DNA of 64,000 nt from Candidatus Kaiserbacteria bacterium (GCA_016217905.1 JACRFL010000001.1:18287-82286), one strand, 5' to 3'. Counted from the stretch's first letter, positions 9,045-18,200 are shown. Notes: generated by a model from the sequence alone, not told the origin. Numbers and translations are program-made.

Positions 9045-9078
9045 ATCTACTACAAGATAGTACTAATATGTAGTACAT
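9045..9078 (+). promoter_or_regulatory. nested palindromic operator (TACTACA-AGA-TAGTACTA-ATA-TGTAGTA) overlapping the start of the antitoxin gene
   Basis: Read from the sequence. Outer 7-bp inverted repeat and inner self-complementary TAGTACTA. AT-rich, immediately 5' of the ATG at 9077. Confidence 0.5.
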
Positions 9079-9295
9079 GGCCACCATCACAATACCGCTT
9101 AGCAAAGAACTCGAATCCTTTATCGAAGGAGAGCTTAGGGCAGGGACAAGCGATTCTAAGGCGCATCTCGTCCGTTATGCGCTCTCTCGGCTTCAGGAAG
9201 AAAGGGCGCTCTCGCGTCTTCAAGAAGCCGAATTAGATATCAGGGAGGGTCGAGTTTACCAAGGAGATTTGAAGAAATTGCTCAAGCAGTTTTAA
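9077..9295 (+). CDS. type II antitoxin, ribbon-helix-helix (ParD/CopG-like)
   Basis: 72 aa. IPLSKELESFIEGELRAGTSDSKAHLVRYALSRL fits the RHH fold. Immediately precedes and nearly abuts a RelE/ParE-like ORF. Confidence 0.6.
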   Translation: MATITIPLSKELESFIEGELRAGTSDSKAHLVRYALSRLQEERALSRLQEAELDIREGRVYQGDLKKLLKQF

Positions 9296-9296
9296 T

Positions 9297-9551
9297 ATGC
9301 GGTATTTATATACTGCGCGATTTCTGCGTTCGCTTAAGAAGTGCGAAGAGGCCGTACGGGATGACATATTCCGTGCCGTGAAGTTGTTTGAGACCGGGGA
9401 AAGCAATGGTGTTTTGAAATTGCATAAGTTACACGGCAAATTCAAATTGTACCGCGCTTTTTCCGCAAACTTCTCATATCGAGTACTCATTAAGATAGAA
9501 AAAAGAACGGTGTATTATGTCGATGTCGGCACTCACGCTATTTATCTATGA
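9297..9551 (+). CDS. type II toxin, RelE/ParE superfamily
   Basis: 84 aa. LHKLHGKFKLYRAFSANFSYRVLIKIEKRTVYYVDVGTHAIY matches the RelE/ParE C-terminal pattern (L.G...R...YR.IY.I......V...GHR..IY). Low-GC local composition. Confidence 0.6.
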   Translation: MRYLYTARFLRSLKKCEEAVRDDIFRAVKLFETGESNGVLKLHKLHGKFKLYRAFSANFSYRVLIKIEKRTVYYVDVGTHAIYL

Positions 9552-10126
9552 ACCACACGCCGCAGATAAAGAAAGCAATACAGTTTGCGGCGCGCAAACA
9601 TCACGGACAGTTTCGCAAAGAAACGGAGCCGCTGCCGTGTATTACCCACCTCTTCTCGGTGGCGCTCCTGGTGGCCGAAGATGGCGCTGATGATAACGTC
9701 GTCACGGCGGCGCTTCTGCATGACACGATTGAAGACACGCCCACCACGCGCGAAGAAATCGTCGCCGCGTTTAATGAGCGGGTCGCGGAGCTCGTCGAAT
9801 CGGTGAGCGAGGTGAAAGAAGCGGGAGGGGAGATCCTTGATTGGAAGGGGCGCAAAACGCACTACCTCGCGCATTTGGAAGATGCGAGCGACGACGCGCT
9901 CCTCATCGCTCTTGCGGACAAGGTGGACAATGTCGAGAGCTGGAACGAAACATTCGAAAAAGAAGGTGCGACGTTCTTGCAGCACTGGAAACGGCCGCAA
10001 GAAGAGTATCTGTGGTTCTATGGCGAGGCGCTCCGTATCGCGCAAGCGCGATTGCCGGAACATTTGCTCACGAAACGGTATGCCGAGGCCTACCAAATTT
10101 TCGCCCGTTCCTTGGGCTCTCGATAG
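9548..10126 (+). CDS. HD-domain (p)ppGpp hydrolase-like protein (small alarmone hydrolase, RelA/SpoT HD family)
   Basis: HLFSVALLVAEDGADDNVVTAALLHDTIEDT is the RelA/SpoT-type HD hydrolase signature. No synthetase domain. Confidence 0.7.
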   Translation: MNHTPQIKKAIQFAARKHHGQFRKETEPLPCITHLFSVALLVAEDGADDNVVTAALLHDTIEDTPTTREEIVAAFNERVAELVESVSEVKEAGGEILDWKGRKTHYLAHLEDASDDALLIALADKVDNVESWNETFEKEGATFLQHWKRPQEEYLWFYGEALRIAQARLPEHLLTKRYAEAYQIFARSLGSR

Positions 10127-12051
10127 AGCGTATCGCCCTTTTTCACCCCGAATGCCGCATAAAACTCGGGAAGATTGGAGAGCGGGCCGTTGACACGGAA
10201 GCACGAGGGCGAATGCGGGTCCGTCATCACCATCGTCTTGCGGTACGCCGGTCGTTCCTGCTCGCGCTCGGTCGCCGCGTAGCCGAGGAAAAAGCGCTGT
10301 TCGGGCGTAAAGCCGGCGATATTCCTGCGGCCGGTTTTCTTGAGTCGGAGTTGGTATGCGTCATAGGCGATCGAGATGCCGCCAAGGTCGGCGATGTTCT
10401 CGCCGAGCGTGAGCCGCCCGTTTACGTTCATCCCGGGCGCGACTTCGTAATCGTTAAATTCTTTCACCAGGCGCCTTGCCTTCGCCGCGAATCGTTTCGA
10501 ATCGGTCTTCGTCCACCACGTCTTCCTATTTCCATTGCCGTCAAATTTGCACCCCTGATCGTCGAAGCCATGCGTGATCTCGTGTCCGATGACCGAACCG
10601 ATCGCGCCATAATTAAACGCGTCGTCCGCGGTAGCGTGGAAGAAAGGATGTTGAAGTATCGCGGCAGGGAAGACTATGTCATTAAGGCCGAAGCTGCAAT
10701 ACGCATTCACCGTTTGCGGACTCATGAACCATTCGTCGTGGTCAACCGGTTTTTTGAGTCTTCGAAGCGCGCGGCGGTGTTCATATTCGCTCACGCGCAT
10801 CGCATTCCCGGCGAAGTCATTGACGAATATCCGAAGCCCGCGATACGTCTTCCATTTGTTCGGATAGCCCAGCTTCCGGTGCATCTGACGGAGCTTCCGT
10901 ATCGCTTTCACCTTGGTCGCGGCGCTCATCCAGTCAAGATTCTTAATACGCGTTTCATACGCGCGGAACAGATCCGCAACGATGACCTCAACCTTATGTT
11001 TCGCTTCGTGAGGGAAGTACTCCGCCACGTAGAGTTCGCCCAGGAGCTCGCTGAGGCCCCCGTTGACCATGCGCAGTATCCGCCGCCACAAGGGCTTCAT
11101 GTGCTTTGTGCCGGAAAGCACAATGCTGTAAAAAGTAAAACTTTCTTTCTCGAGTTTGGGCGTAAGAACGGATGAAAAATCACCGACAATATGGGTGCGC
11201 AGATACGTCTTCCACGATTCGATTGGGAAGGTATGGAGCATACGTTCGGCGGCGATAAAGAAATCAGGCTGCATCACAACAACCTCCCCCGGCTTCGCGC
11301 CAAGACTTTTAAAGTACTCCTTCCAATCGACACCTTTCGCGAGTTTCTGGAGTTGAGACAGCGATTTTTTATGATACGTCTTATCGACGTCGCGCAGGTC
11401 TTCTTTTTTCATCGAGACTTTGGCGAGCGCGGTTTCTATTTCGAGCACAATTGCCGCCTCCTGTCGGGCCTCCCTAGGACGACCGGCAAGTTCCAAGAGT
11501 CGCACCAGGTGCTTTTCATAGGCGCTTCGTACGCGCCGCGACTCAGCGTCGTCCTTTATGTAATAATCACGGTCTGGCATACCGAGACCACCCTGGCCGA
11601 GATGGATAATGTACTTCTCGCTATCTTTCATATCCTGATCAATGCCGATGCCCCAAATGCCGCCCGAGCCGATGCGCTCGAGGTGTGCAATGGTACGGAC
11701 CACATCCTCCGGTGTCTTGATGTTTTCGATGCGTTTCAAGAGCGGTTGGAGCGGCGCTAGGCCGAGCGAGCGGCGCCGTTTGAGATGAATGCCGGAACGG
11801 TAGAGATCGCGAATCATTTGCTCGGCGCTCTCGGTCTTTGTGCGCTTTTTTGATGTGACCTTCTTCAGCAGTGTTTGAAGCTGTTTGTCGGTCGTGTGGC
11901 GCAGCATGGTAAAAGAGCCCCAGCGCGCCTCCGCTTTAGGTATCGGATTGCGCTTCATCCACGCCCCGCTCGCGTAGTGAAAAAAATCGTCCTGCGGGCG
12001 CACCTTCGTATCAATATCCCGCGTATCAAATCCCCATCCGTTTTTTCTCAT
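10090..12051 (-). CDS. pepO: M13 family zinc metalloendopeptidase (PepO/neprilysin-like)
   Basis: HEITHGFDDQG (HExxH). ENIADLGG. NAYC. C-terminal ...AKIW typical of M13 peptidases. Confidence 0.85.
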   Translation of the reverse strand: MRKNGWGFDTRDIDTKVRPQDDFFHYASGAWMKRNPIPKAEARWGSFTMLRHTTDKQLQTLLKKVTSKKRTKTESAEQMIRDLYRSGIHLKRRRSLGLAPLQPLLKRIENIKTPEDVVRTIAHLERIGSGGIWGIGIDQDMKDSEKYIIHLGQGGLGMPDRDYYIKDDAESRRVRSAYEKHLVRLLELAGRPREARQEAAIVLEIETALAKVSMKKEDLRDVDKTYHKKSLSQLQKLAKGVDWKEYFKSLGAKPGEVVVMQPDFFIAAERMLHTFPIESWKTYLRTHIVGDFSSVLTPKLEKESFTFYSIVLSGTKHMKPLWRRILRMVNGGLSELLGELYVAEYFPHEAKHKVEVIVADLFRAYETRIKNLDWMSAATKVKAIRKLRQMHRKLGYPNKWKTYRGLRIFVNDFAGNAMRVSEYEHRRALRRLKKPVDHDEWFMSPQTVNAYCSFGLNDIVFPAAILQHPFFHATADDAFNYGAIGSVIGHEITHGFDDQGCKFDGNGNRKTWWTKTDSKRFAAKARRLVKEFNDYEVAPGMNVNGRLTLGENIADLGGISIAYDAYQLRLKKTGRRNIAGFTPEQRFFLGYAATEREQERPAYRKTMVMTDPHSPSCFRVNGPLSNLPEFYAAFGVKKGDTLYREPKERAKIW

Positions 12052-12096
12052 GCGCGCATAGTATATGAATCTTTCATCTCATGCTATCTTTTTCGT

Positions 12097-13902
12097 ATGA
12101 CTGTTAGCGAGGTACGCAAGCGCTATATCGATTTTTTTGCAGCGAGGGGGCACGCAGTGATTCCCTCCGCGCCGATCGTGCCCGAGAACGACCCGACGAC
12201 ACTCTTTACCTCGAGCGGGATGCAGCCCCTCGTGCCGTACCTGTTGGGCCAGCCACACCCCGAAGGGAACCGCCTCGTCGATTCGCAACTCTCGTTCCGT
12301 GCGGGGGACATCGAAGAAGTGGGAGACAACCGTCACACGACGTTTTTCGAGATGCTCGGCAACTGGTCGCTCGGAGATTATTTTAAGAAAGAGCAGTTGC
12401 CGTGGATCTACGAATTTTTAACTGAAGAACTGAATCTCCCGAAGGAGCGGCTCTGGATGACCTGTTTTGTAGGAGATGAAGCGCTCGGCTTGCCGAAGGA
12501 CACCGAGTCGGCAGACATATGGAAAAAAATCGGAATGCCCGAAGATCGTGTACTTTTTTATGACGCGAAGAAAAATTGGTGGAGCCGCTCCGGCACGCCG
12601 GAGAAGATGCCGACAGGAGAACCGGGCGGCCCCGATTCTGAAATCTTTTTTGATTTTCAAACCCCGCACGACAAGGCATTTGGCGAAACGTGCCACCCCA
12701 ACTGCGACTGCGGGCGCTTCATGGAGATCGGCAATTCGGTTTTTATGGAATACATCAAGAATGCCGACGGCACCTTCGGCAAGCTTCCGAAACAGAACGT
12801 CGACTTCGGCGGCGGGCTCGAACGTCTAGCTGCAGCGACCCGAGATGACGCCGATGTGTTCCTCATCGATGCATTTGACGCTGCGCGCACCATACTCGAA
12901 AAACGCTCCGGCCATCACTATGGGGATGTAGGACGTACGACGTCCTACATGAGATCGTTCCGCATCATCCTTGATCACGTGCGCGCGGCAACTTTCATGA
13001 TCGCCTTCGGAATCCGTCCCTCGAACACCGAGCAGGGCTACGTGCTGCGCCGCCTCATTCGCCGCTCGATTCGCGAAGCTGACAAGCTCGGGATCGTCGA
13101 TGCGGTGCTTGCCGAAGTCGCCGAAGGGTTCGGCGCTGCATACGCCGATGCCTATCCGTTCGTTCAGGCGACGGTACAGACCATTCGCGGGGAGCTCGAG
13201 AAGGAGGAGGCGCAATTCAGGAAGACGCTCGTGCACGGCCTGCGCGAGCTCGAAAAGATGAGAGGCGCCGTCGATGCCTTCATGCTCTTCACCACCTATG
13301 GATTCCCGGTAGAACTCACTGAAGAAATTGCGAAAGAGCGCGGTATTGCGCTCGATATGGCCGCGGTGAAGGCAAAGATAGAAGTGCATCAAGCGCTCTC
13401 GAGAGCGGGCGCGGTGCAGAAATTTGCGGGTGGGCTTGCTGACCACGCCGAGCAGACGGTGCGCTACCACACCGCGCACCACCTGCTTCTTAAGGCGCTG
13501 CAGATAGTGCTCGGTCCCGACGTGCACCAGCGCGGGAGCAATATCACGAGCGGACGACTCCGCATCGACTTCAGTTGGGGAGCCAAGATGACGCCGGAAC
13601 AAATCGCAGCGGTTGAAAAAATCGTGAACGAGAAGATTGCGGAACAGATTCCCGTCATTCGTACGGATATGAAAAGAGATGAGGCGAAGAAGCTCGGCGC
13701 CGAGCGCGAATTCGGCGCGTCCTACCCCGACACCGTGTCGGTATATTCGATCGGCCCGCTCGAGGGCGCGTTTTCGATAGAATTCTGCGGCGGGCCGCAT
13801 GTCGAGAACACGGGCGAGCTCGGAGCAGGGAAGCGCTTCAAGATCGTAAAGGAAGAAACGTCGTCTGCCGGCGTTCGCCGCATCAAGGCGGTGCTAGAAT
13901 GA
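12097..13902 (+). CDS. alaS: alanyl-tRNA synthetase, short form (catalytic, tRNA-recognition and editing domains; no C-Ala domain)
   Basis: Start at the in-frame ATG 12097; ORF 11875 would overlap pepO. FTSSGMQP, GNWSLGDYFK, HTAHHLL and CGGPHV editing-domain motifs. Contains an in-frame 25-nt palindrome at 12926-12950. Confidence 0.85.
   Translation: MTVSEVRKRYIDFFAARGHAVIPSAPIVPENDPTTLFTSSGMQPLVPYLLGQPHPEGNRLVDSQLSFRAGDIEEVGDNRHTTFFEMLGNWSLGDYFKKEQLPWIYEFLTEELNLPKERLWMTCFVGDEALGLPKDTESADIWKKIGMPEDRVLFYDAKKNWWSRSGTPEKMPTGEPGGPDSEIFFDFQTPHDKAFGETCHPNCDCGRFMEIGNSVFMEYIKNADGTFGKLPKQNVDFGGGLERLAAATRDDADVFLIDAFDAARTILEKRSGHHYGDVGRTTSYMRSFRIILDHVRAATFMIAFGIRPSNTEQGYVLRRLIRRSIREADKLGIVDAVLAEVAEGFGAAYADAYPFVQATVQTIRGELEKEEAQFRKTLVHGLRELEKMRGAVDAFMLFTTYGFPVELTEEIAKERGIALDMAAVKAKIEVHQALSRAGAVQKFAGGLADHAEQTVRYHTAHHLLLKALQIVLGPDVHQRGSNITSGRLRIDFSWGAKMTPEQIAAVEKIVNEKIAEQIPVIRTDMKRDEAKKLGAEREFGASYPDTVSVYSIGPLEGAFSIEFCGGPHVENTGELGAGKRFKIVKEETSSAGVRRIKAVLE
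12926..12950. repeat. 25-nt perfect palindrome ATGTAGGACGTACGACGTCCTACAT, copy 1, in-frame inside alaS (encodes VGRTTSYM)
   Basis: Identical to 38343-38367 inside gltX. 11-bp arms around an ACG centre. Confidence 0.9.
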
Positions 13903-13906
13903 ACCG

Positions 13907-14953
13907 ATGAACTTGTTCTCCGGCTTTTTCCGCAAAGGGAAAAAAAGAGAGTCGGTCGTGCTCGTCGACATCGGTGCCGCGTCGGTCGCGGGCGCGTACG
14001 CGCGGTTTACGGAAGGAGAGCTCCCGATTTTGTTGTACACGAGACGGCTCCCTGTCGAGCCGCGCGAGGGAGAACCGCAGGAGCGCGCGATGCTGCGCGC
14101 TCTCAAAATCCTCGGCGATACGCTCATCCGCGAGGGGGCTCCCGCGCTTATGCGTCATACCGGCAGCGGGAGGAGCGATCTCATCCTTGCGTCGATCGAC
14201 GCGCCCTGGCAGAAAACCACAGTACGCACCGAACGCTTCGAGCAGAAAATGCCGTTTCTTTTTACGAAAAGCCTTGCCTCCGAGATAGTGAAAAAGACAA
14301 GCGTTACGGTTCCCCGGAAGATTCTCGCCGACGAGACCGTCATCGGCACCATCCTCAACGGCTATCGGACGAACAGTCCTTACGGAAAGAGGGCGCACCG
14401 GGCAACCCTCATCATCCTCACGTCGCTCATCGATGAGAGCATCGCCGACCACATCGTCTCCGTGCTTCGAAGCGTGTACCACACGAAGCGCATTCTTCCA
14501 ATCGCGGGAAGCTCGCTGCGCTACCAGGCGATGCACGCCGCTTTCCCGCACGAGCGGGACGCGCTCATCATCGACGCGACGGGACCGCAGACATCCCTCG
14601 CGCTTATACGCAGGGGACTTTCGGTCTCCGTCCTCGAGGCGGCGAATACACACGACACCGATTCGTGGACACGGAACGTGATAGACGAGCTTGCCGAGCT
14701 TGCGAAGCGTTATCCGCTGCCGCGGACGATATTCCTGCTCGCCCGCGAACCGGAAATAACCGTTCTGCGCGAGAAACTCGACGCGGCGAACCTGGGCAAA
14801 ATATGGCTCTCCGACACGCCGCCGCACACCGTCTCAGTGCTCGCGAGCCATATCGGCGGACTGGTCCACCAGGCGACGACGGCCCCCGCGGACCTCCCGC
14901 TCCTCCTTATGGCCCTCTTCTACCAACACTCCGCGTTCGGCGAAAAAACGTAA
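13907..14953 (+). CDS. actin-like ATPase fold protein (divergent FtsA/PilM-like)
   Basis: N-terminal VVLVDIGAASVAGAY and later ALIIDATGPQTSLALI resemble the two phosphate-binding motifs of the FtsA/PilM/ParM actin-like fold. Otherwise divergent. Confidence 0.4.
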   Translation: MNLFSGFFRKGKKRESVVLVDIGAASVAGAYARFTEGELPILLYTRRLPVEPREGEPQERAMLRALKILGDTLIREGAPALMRHTGSGRSDLILASIDAPWQKTTVRTERFEQKMPFLFTKSLASEIVKKTSVTVPRKILADETVIGTILNGYRTNSPYGKRAHRATLIILTSLIDESIADHIVSVLRSVYHTKRILPIAGSSLRYQAMHAAFPHERDALIIDATGPQTSLALIRRGLSVSVLEAANTHDTDSWTRNVIDELAELAKRYPLPRTIFLLAREPEITVLREKLDAANLGKIWLSDTPPHTVSVLASHIGGLVHQATTAPADLPLLLMALFYQHSAFGEKT

Positions 14954-15001
14954 TGCACAGAGGCAGCATGACGTTCCCCCCGTAACTGGTATACTGCGTG
15001 C

Positions 15002-16240
15002 ATGCGTACACTTGATGACATCATACCGCCGTCACGGCGTAAGGAGACGGAGCCGTTCGGCCAACTGCCCCCAAATGACGGGCGCGAATCATCGCGCCTC
15101 TCAAGCGACCGTCCTCCACGGTTCCCTTACGTTACTCTCATTACCATCGTATCCGTTATTGCCGTGTCCGTCGGCGCGCTCTTCTACTTCTCGAGCGCGA
15201 AGGTCGAGATCACGCCTCACACCGTCTCCGCGGCGGTACAGGGATCCTTCACGGCGACCAAGAGTTCCGGCGATCTGCCTTTTGAAATCATTACGGCGCA
15301 AAAAATAGCTTCACAGAGCGTCAAAGGAAGCGGGACCAAGACCGTTTCCTCATCCGCTTCCGGGACCATCGTCATCTACAACACGCAGTCCAAGGCCCAG
15401 CAGCTCGTAACCAATACCAGATTCGCGACCACGGCCGGCCTCATTTTCCGGATCCACTCGGCGATAACGATTCCGGGCGGTAGCACTGCGAAGCCCGGCA
15501 GCATAAGGGTAAAGGTCTATGCCGACCAGCCCGGTAGCTTGTACAATGTCGGCCAGACTTCTTTCACGATCCCCGGATTCGCGGGAACCCCGCAGGCGAC
15601 CCAGGTCTATGCGCGCTCGACCAGTGCCATGACCGGCGGAGCTTCCGGAATCATCCCGATCGTAGACGCGCCCGCGCAAGCGCAGGCGCGCAGCGCGCTT
15701 GTCGGCGCGCTCGGTCCGGATCTTGTGGCAAGCATTGGGACGCAGATACCCGAGGGATACACTCTCCTCCCGGGCGCGACGACGACGACGTACCAGGATC
15801 TCGCGCTCGAACCCTCCTCGACGACAGGCATGGTAGAGGTGAAAGAGCAGGGGACCATCACCGCGATCGTTTTCCCGACCGCCGCGCTCGCGAAGGCGGT
15901 CGCTTCATCGGTCTCCGGCCTCAACTATCAGGGCGAGCCGCTTACTCTTTCTCTCTCATCCGGGAATTCGCTCATGCTCAAGCCCGGGAGCGATCTCACC
16001 GATACGCAGGCCTCCTCTTTCCCCTTCACGCTTACCGGGACGGCGTCGTTCGTGTACTCGGTCGATCCGACCCGCATCGCTGCGGCCGTGAGCGGAAAAA
16101 CGCGCTCAGCGGCGGAGGTGGCTCTCACGAACTATCCGGAGATCAAACGGGCCGTCATCATCCTTCGTCCGTTCTGGAGACAGACATTCCCCCAGGATCC
16201 CGCCGCGATCTCGGTAACGGTCGATTCGGGCGCATATTGA
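15002..16240 (+). CDS. hypothetical single-pass membrane protein with large Ser/Thr/Gly/Ala-rich extracytoplasmic domain
   Basis: TM helix VTLITIVSVIAVSVGALFYF after a ~40-aa N-terminal segment. Beta-rich, low-complexity C-terminal 350 aa. Confidence 0.45.
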   Translation: MRTLDDIIPPSRRKETEPFGQLPPNDGRESSRLSSDRPPRFPYVTLITIVSVIAVSVGALFYFSSAKVEITPHTVSAAVQGSFTATKSSGDLPFEIITAQKIASQSVKGSGTKTVSSSASGTIVIYNTQSKAQQLVTNTRFATTAGLIFRIHSAITIPGGSTAKPGSIRVKVYADQPGSLYNVGQTSFTIPGFAGTPQATQVYARSTSAMTGGASGIIPIVDAPAQAQARSALVGALGPDLVASIGTQIPEGYTLLPGATTTTYQDLALEPSSTTGMVEVKEQGTITAIVFPTAALAKAVASSVSGLNYQGEPLTLSLSSGNSLMLKPGSDLTDTQASSFPFTLTGTASFVYSVDPTRIAAAVSGKTRSAAEVALTNYPEIKRAVIILRPFWRQTFPQDPAAISVTVDSGAY

Positions 16241-16279
16241 CGTCCTTCTGGACTCCTGCTACATTGACTAGGCATCAGC

Positions 16280-16552
16280 ATGAGTGACGGTGAAAGTATG
16301 ACAACGACGGTGGGAACCGTCGAGGAGGTGTTGCCGAATTCGCTTTTTCGAGTTCGTCTCTCTCCCGCGACGAGTCCGTCCCCCGAAGCGCCTGAAGATG
16401 GCGTCGCGGAGGAAAAAGGCGAGCCGCTCATACTCGCGTACCTTGCAGGCAAGATGCGCCTCCATCGCATCCGGGTCTTGGTCGGCGACCAAGTGGAGAT
16501 GGTGCTCGACCCCTACGGAGGACGGGCCCGGATAGTTCGCCGCTTAACGTAA
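16280..16552 (+). CDS. infA: translation initiation factor IF-1 with ~17-aa low-complexity insertion
   Basis: [16 protein letters not shown]...[33 protein letters not shown] matches the IF-1 S1 fold. An extra segment [20 protein letters not shown] lies between strands. Confidence 0.8.
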   Translation: MSDGESMTTTVGTVEEVLPNSLFRVRLSPATSPSPEAPEDGVAEEKGEPLILAYLAGKMRLHRIRVLVGDQVEMVLDPYGGRARIVRRLT

Positions 16553-16574
16553 CCTAACGAAGGACACTTTTACA

Positions 16575-16691
16575 ATGAAAGTTCGCGCGTCGATCAAAGT
16601 ACAGCAGACAGGAGACCAGCTCGTCCGCCGCGGCGGGCGTCTGTATCGTATCAATAAGAAGAATCCCCGCCGTAAAGCGAGACAAGGATAA
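16575..16691 (+). CDS. rpmJ: ribosomal protein L36 (Cys-less variant)
   Basis: Below the 60-aa ORF cutoff. Hand translation gives [38 protein letters not shown]. Position between infA and rpsM is canonical. Confidence 0.75.
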   Translation: MKVRASIKVQQTGDQLVRRGGRLYRINKKNPRRKARQG

Positions 16692-16715
16692 CTTGTCATA
16701 TCTAAATATTTAAAC

Positions 16716-17096
16716 ATGCGTATTGCCGGCGTTACCATCTCCGATACCAAGCAGCTCGCGTACTCGCTGCCGCTCATCTTCGGCATCGGTTCCGCGCGCG
16801 CCCGACACATCCTCAAGACGGTCGGCGTCGCGCCCACCAAGAAAGGCGCCGAGCTCACGAGCGACGAGGAACAGAAGATCCGCTCGCTCGCGGAAGCCTT
16901 CACTATCGAGGGAGAGCTTCGGCGCGAGATCGGGCAGAACATCAAGCGCCTGAAGGATATCCGCTCGGTGCGCGGCGACCGTCACAGCCGCGGTCTTCCG
17001 GTGCGCGGCCAGCGCACCAAGACGAATTCAAGGACTCGCCGCGGCAACGTCCGTAAGACGATGACCTCCGGTCGCCGGACGCTCGAGAAAACATAA
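16716..17096 (+). CDS. rpsM: ribosomal protein S13
   Basis: MRIAGVTI...GIGSARA...RGLPVRGQRTKTNSRTRRG. Confidence 0.95.
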   Translation: MRIAGVTISDTKQLAYSLPLIFGIGSARARHILKTVGVAPTKKGAELTSDEEQKIRSLAEAFTIEGELRREIGQNIKRLKDIRSVRGDRHSRGLPVRGQRTKTNSRTRRGNVRKTMTSGRRTLEKT

Positions 17097-17102
17097 TTAC
17101 CT

Positions 17103-17537
17103 ATGGGGAAAAAACGCATCATCAAGAAGAGCGGGAAAGGTCTCGACGCGGGACGGAAAGAACGCGCCCTCGGCAAGGCCACGAAGCGCCGTCTCGAGAA
17201 GGGCGTCCTCCACATCGAGGCGACGTTCAACAACACGAAGGCGACCCTCACTGACGAGAAGGGGAACGCGGTCGTCTCTTCCTCGGCCGGCGCGCTCGGT
17301 TTCTCCGGCGCGAGGAAGTCCACGCCCTATGCGGCGGCGAAGGTCGGCGAATTCATCGGCGAGAAAGGTGCCATGATCGGGCTCAAGGAGGCGTCGGTCG
17401 TCATTCGCGGCGTTGGCGCAGGCCGCGAGTCGGTCTTGCGTGCGTTCTCGGGGAAGGGCATCCAGATTCGTTCCATCAAGGACATGACGCCCGTGCCGCA
17501 CAACGGCCCGCGCCCGCCGCGCGCCCGCCGCATATAA
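17103..17537 (+). CDS. rpsK: ribosomal protein S11
   Basis: HIEATFNNTKATLTDEKGNAV...PHNGPRPPRARRI. Confidence 0.95.
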   Translation: MGKKRIIKKSGKGLDAGRKERALGKATKRRLEKGVLHIEATFNNTKATLTDEKGNAVVSSSAGALGFSGARKSTPYAAAKVGEFIGEKGAMIGLKEASVVIRGVGAGRESVLRAFSGKGIQIRSIKDMTPVPHNGPRPPRARRI

Positions 17538-17540
17538 CCT

Positions 17541-18164
17541 ATGAAAACCGGCCCGCGATACAAAACAGCAAAACGCCTCGGCGCATCCGTCTTCGAAAAA
17601 GCGCAGACGCAGAAGTTCGCGTTGTCCGCCGACCGTTCCGCGAAAAACAAACGCCGCAGCTCCGGCCGGCAGAGCGAGTACGGGAAGCAGATGCTCGAGA
17701 AGCAGAAAGTCCGCGTCACCTACGGCCTTCCGGAACGGCAGTTCCGCAATTACGTGAACAAGGCGCTCGGGGCGCATAGCGCGCAGCCGTCTGACCGCCT
17801 CCACGAGCTTCTCGAGCTCCGGCTCGACAACGTCGTATGGCGCCTCGGCCTCGCTCCGACGCGACGCGGCGCGCGCCAGATGGTCGCGCACGGTCATGTC
17901 ACGGTCGGCGGAAAGAGGAGCCGCGTTCCGTCGCAGGCGCTTTCGGTGGGCGACAGAATCGCAGTGCGCGAGGGCTCGAAGGGGCACGGCGTTCTCACCG
18001 GTTTCAACGAGCGATTCCTCGAACGACCGCTCCCTTCGTGGCTTTCGTGGAACCCGAAAACGATGGAAGGTTCGATTGTCGCCGTGCCGACCGCCGTGCC
18101 GACCGCCGCGTCGAGCGATGCGGCGGGCGACCTGGTCGCCGTGCTCTCGTTCTACACGAGATAG
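17541..18164 (+). CDS. rpsD: ribosomal protein S4
   Basis: RLDNVVWRLGLAPTRRGARQMVAHGHVTVGG. The C-terminus carries a 12-nt tandem duplication (AVPTAVPTAA). Confidence 0.9.
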   Translation: MKTGPRYKTAKRLGASVFEKAQTQKFALSADRSAKNKRRSSGRQSEYGKQMLEKQKVRVTYGLPERQFRNYVNKALGAHSAQPSDRLHELLELRLDNVVWRLGLAPTRRGARQMVAHGHVTVGGKRSRVPSQALSVGDRIAVREGSKGHGVLTGFNERFLERPLPSWLSWNPKTMEGSIVAVPTAVPTAASSDAAGDLVAVLSFYTR

Positions 18165-18200
18165 TTTTTACATTAATCAACCGGTAATTACGATTGCGTT

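Noticed and set aside
9036-9560. Considered the low-GC block as a prophage or integrative-element remnant.
   Set aside because: Only about 500 bp, no integrase, recombinase or att direct repeats. Best explained as a compact TA cassette.
11875-12096. Longer alaS start at 11875.
   Set aside because: It would overlap about 175 nt of the divergent M13 peptidase gene. A conserved AlaRS N-terminus (MTVSEVRKRYIDFF) begins at the in-frame ATG 12097.
12052-12096. T-box riboswitch leaders upstream of the aminoacyl-tRNA synthetase genes.
   Set aside because: Intergenic spacers are 10-45 nt, too short for a T-box. No AGGGUGGNACCGCG-like motif was seen.
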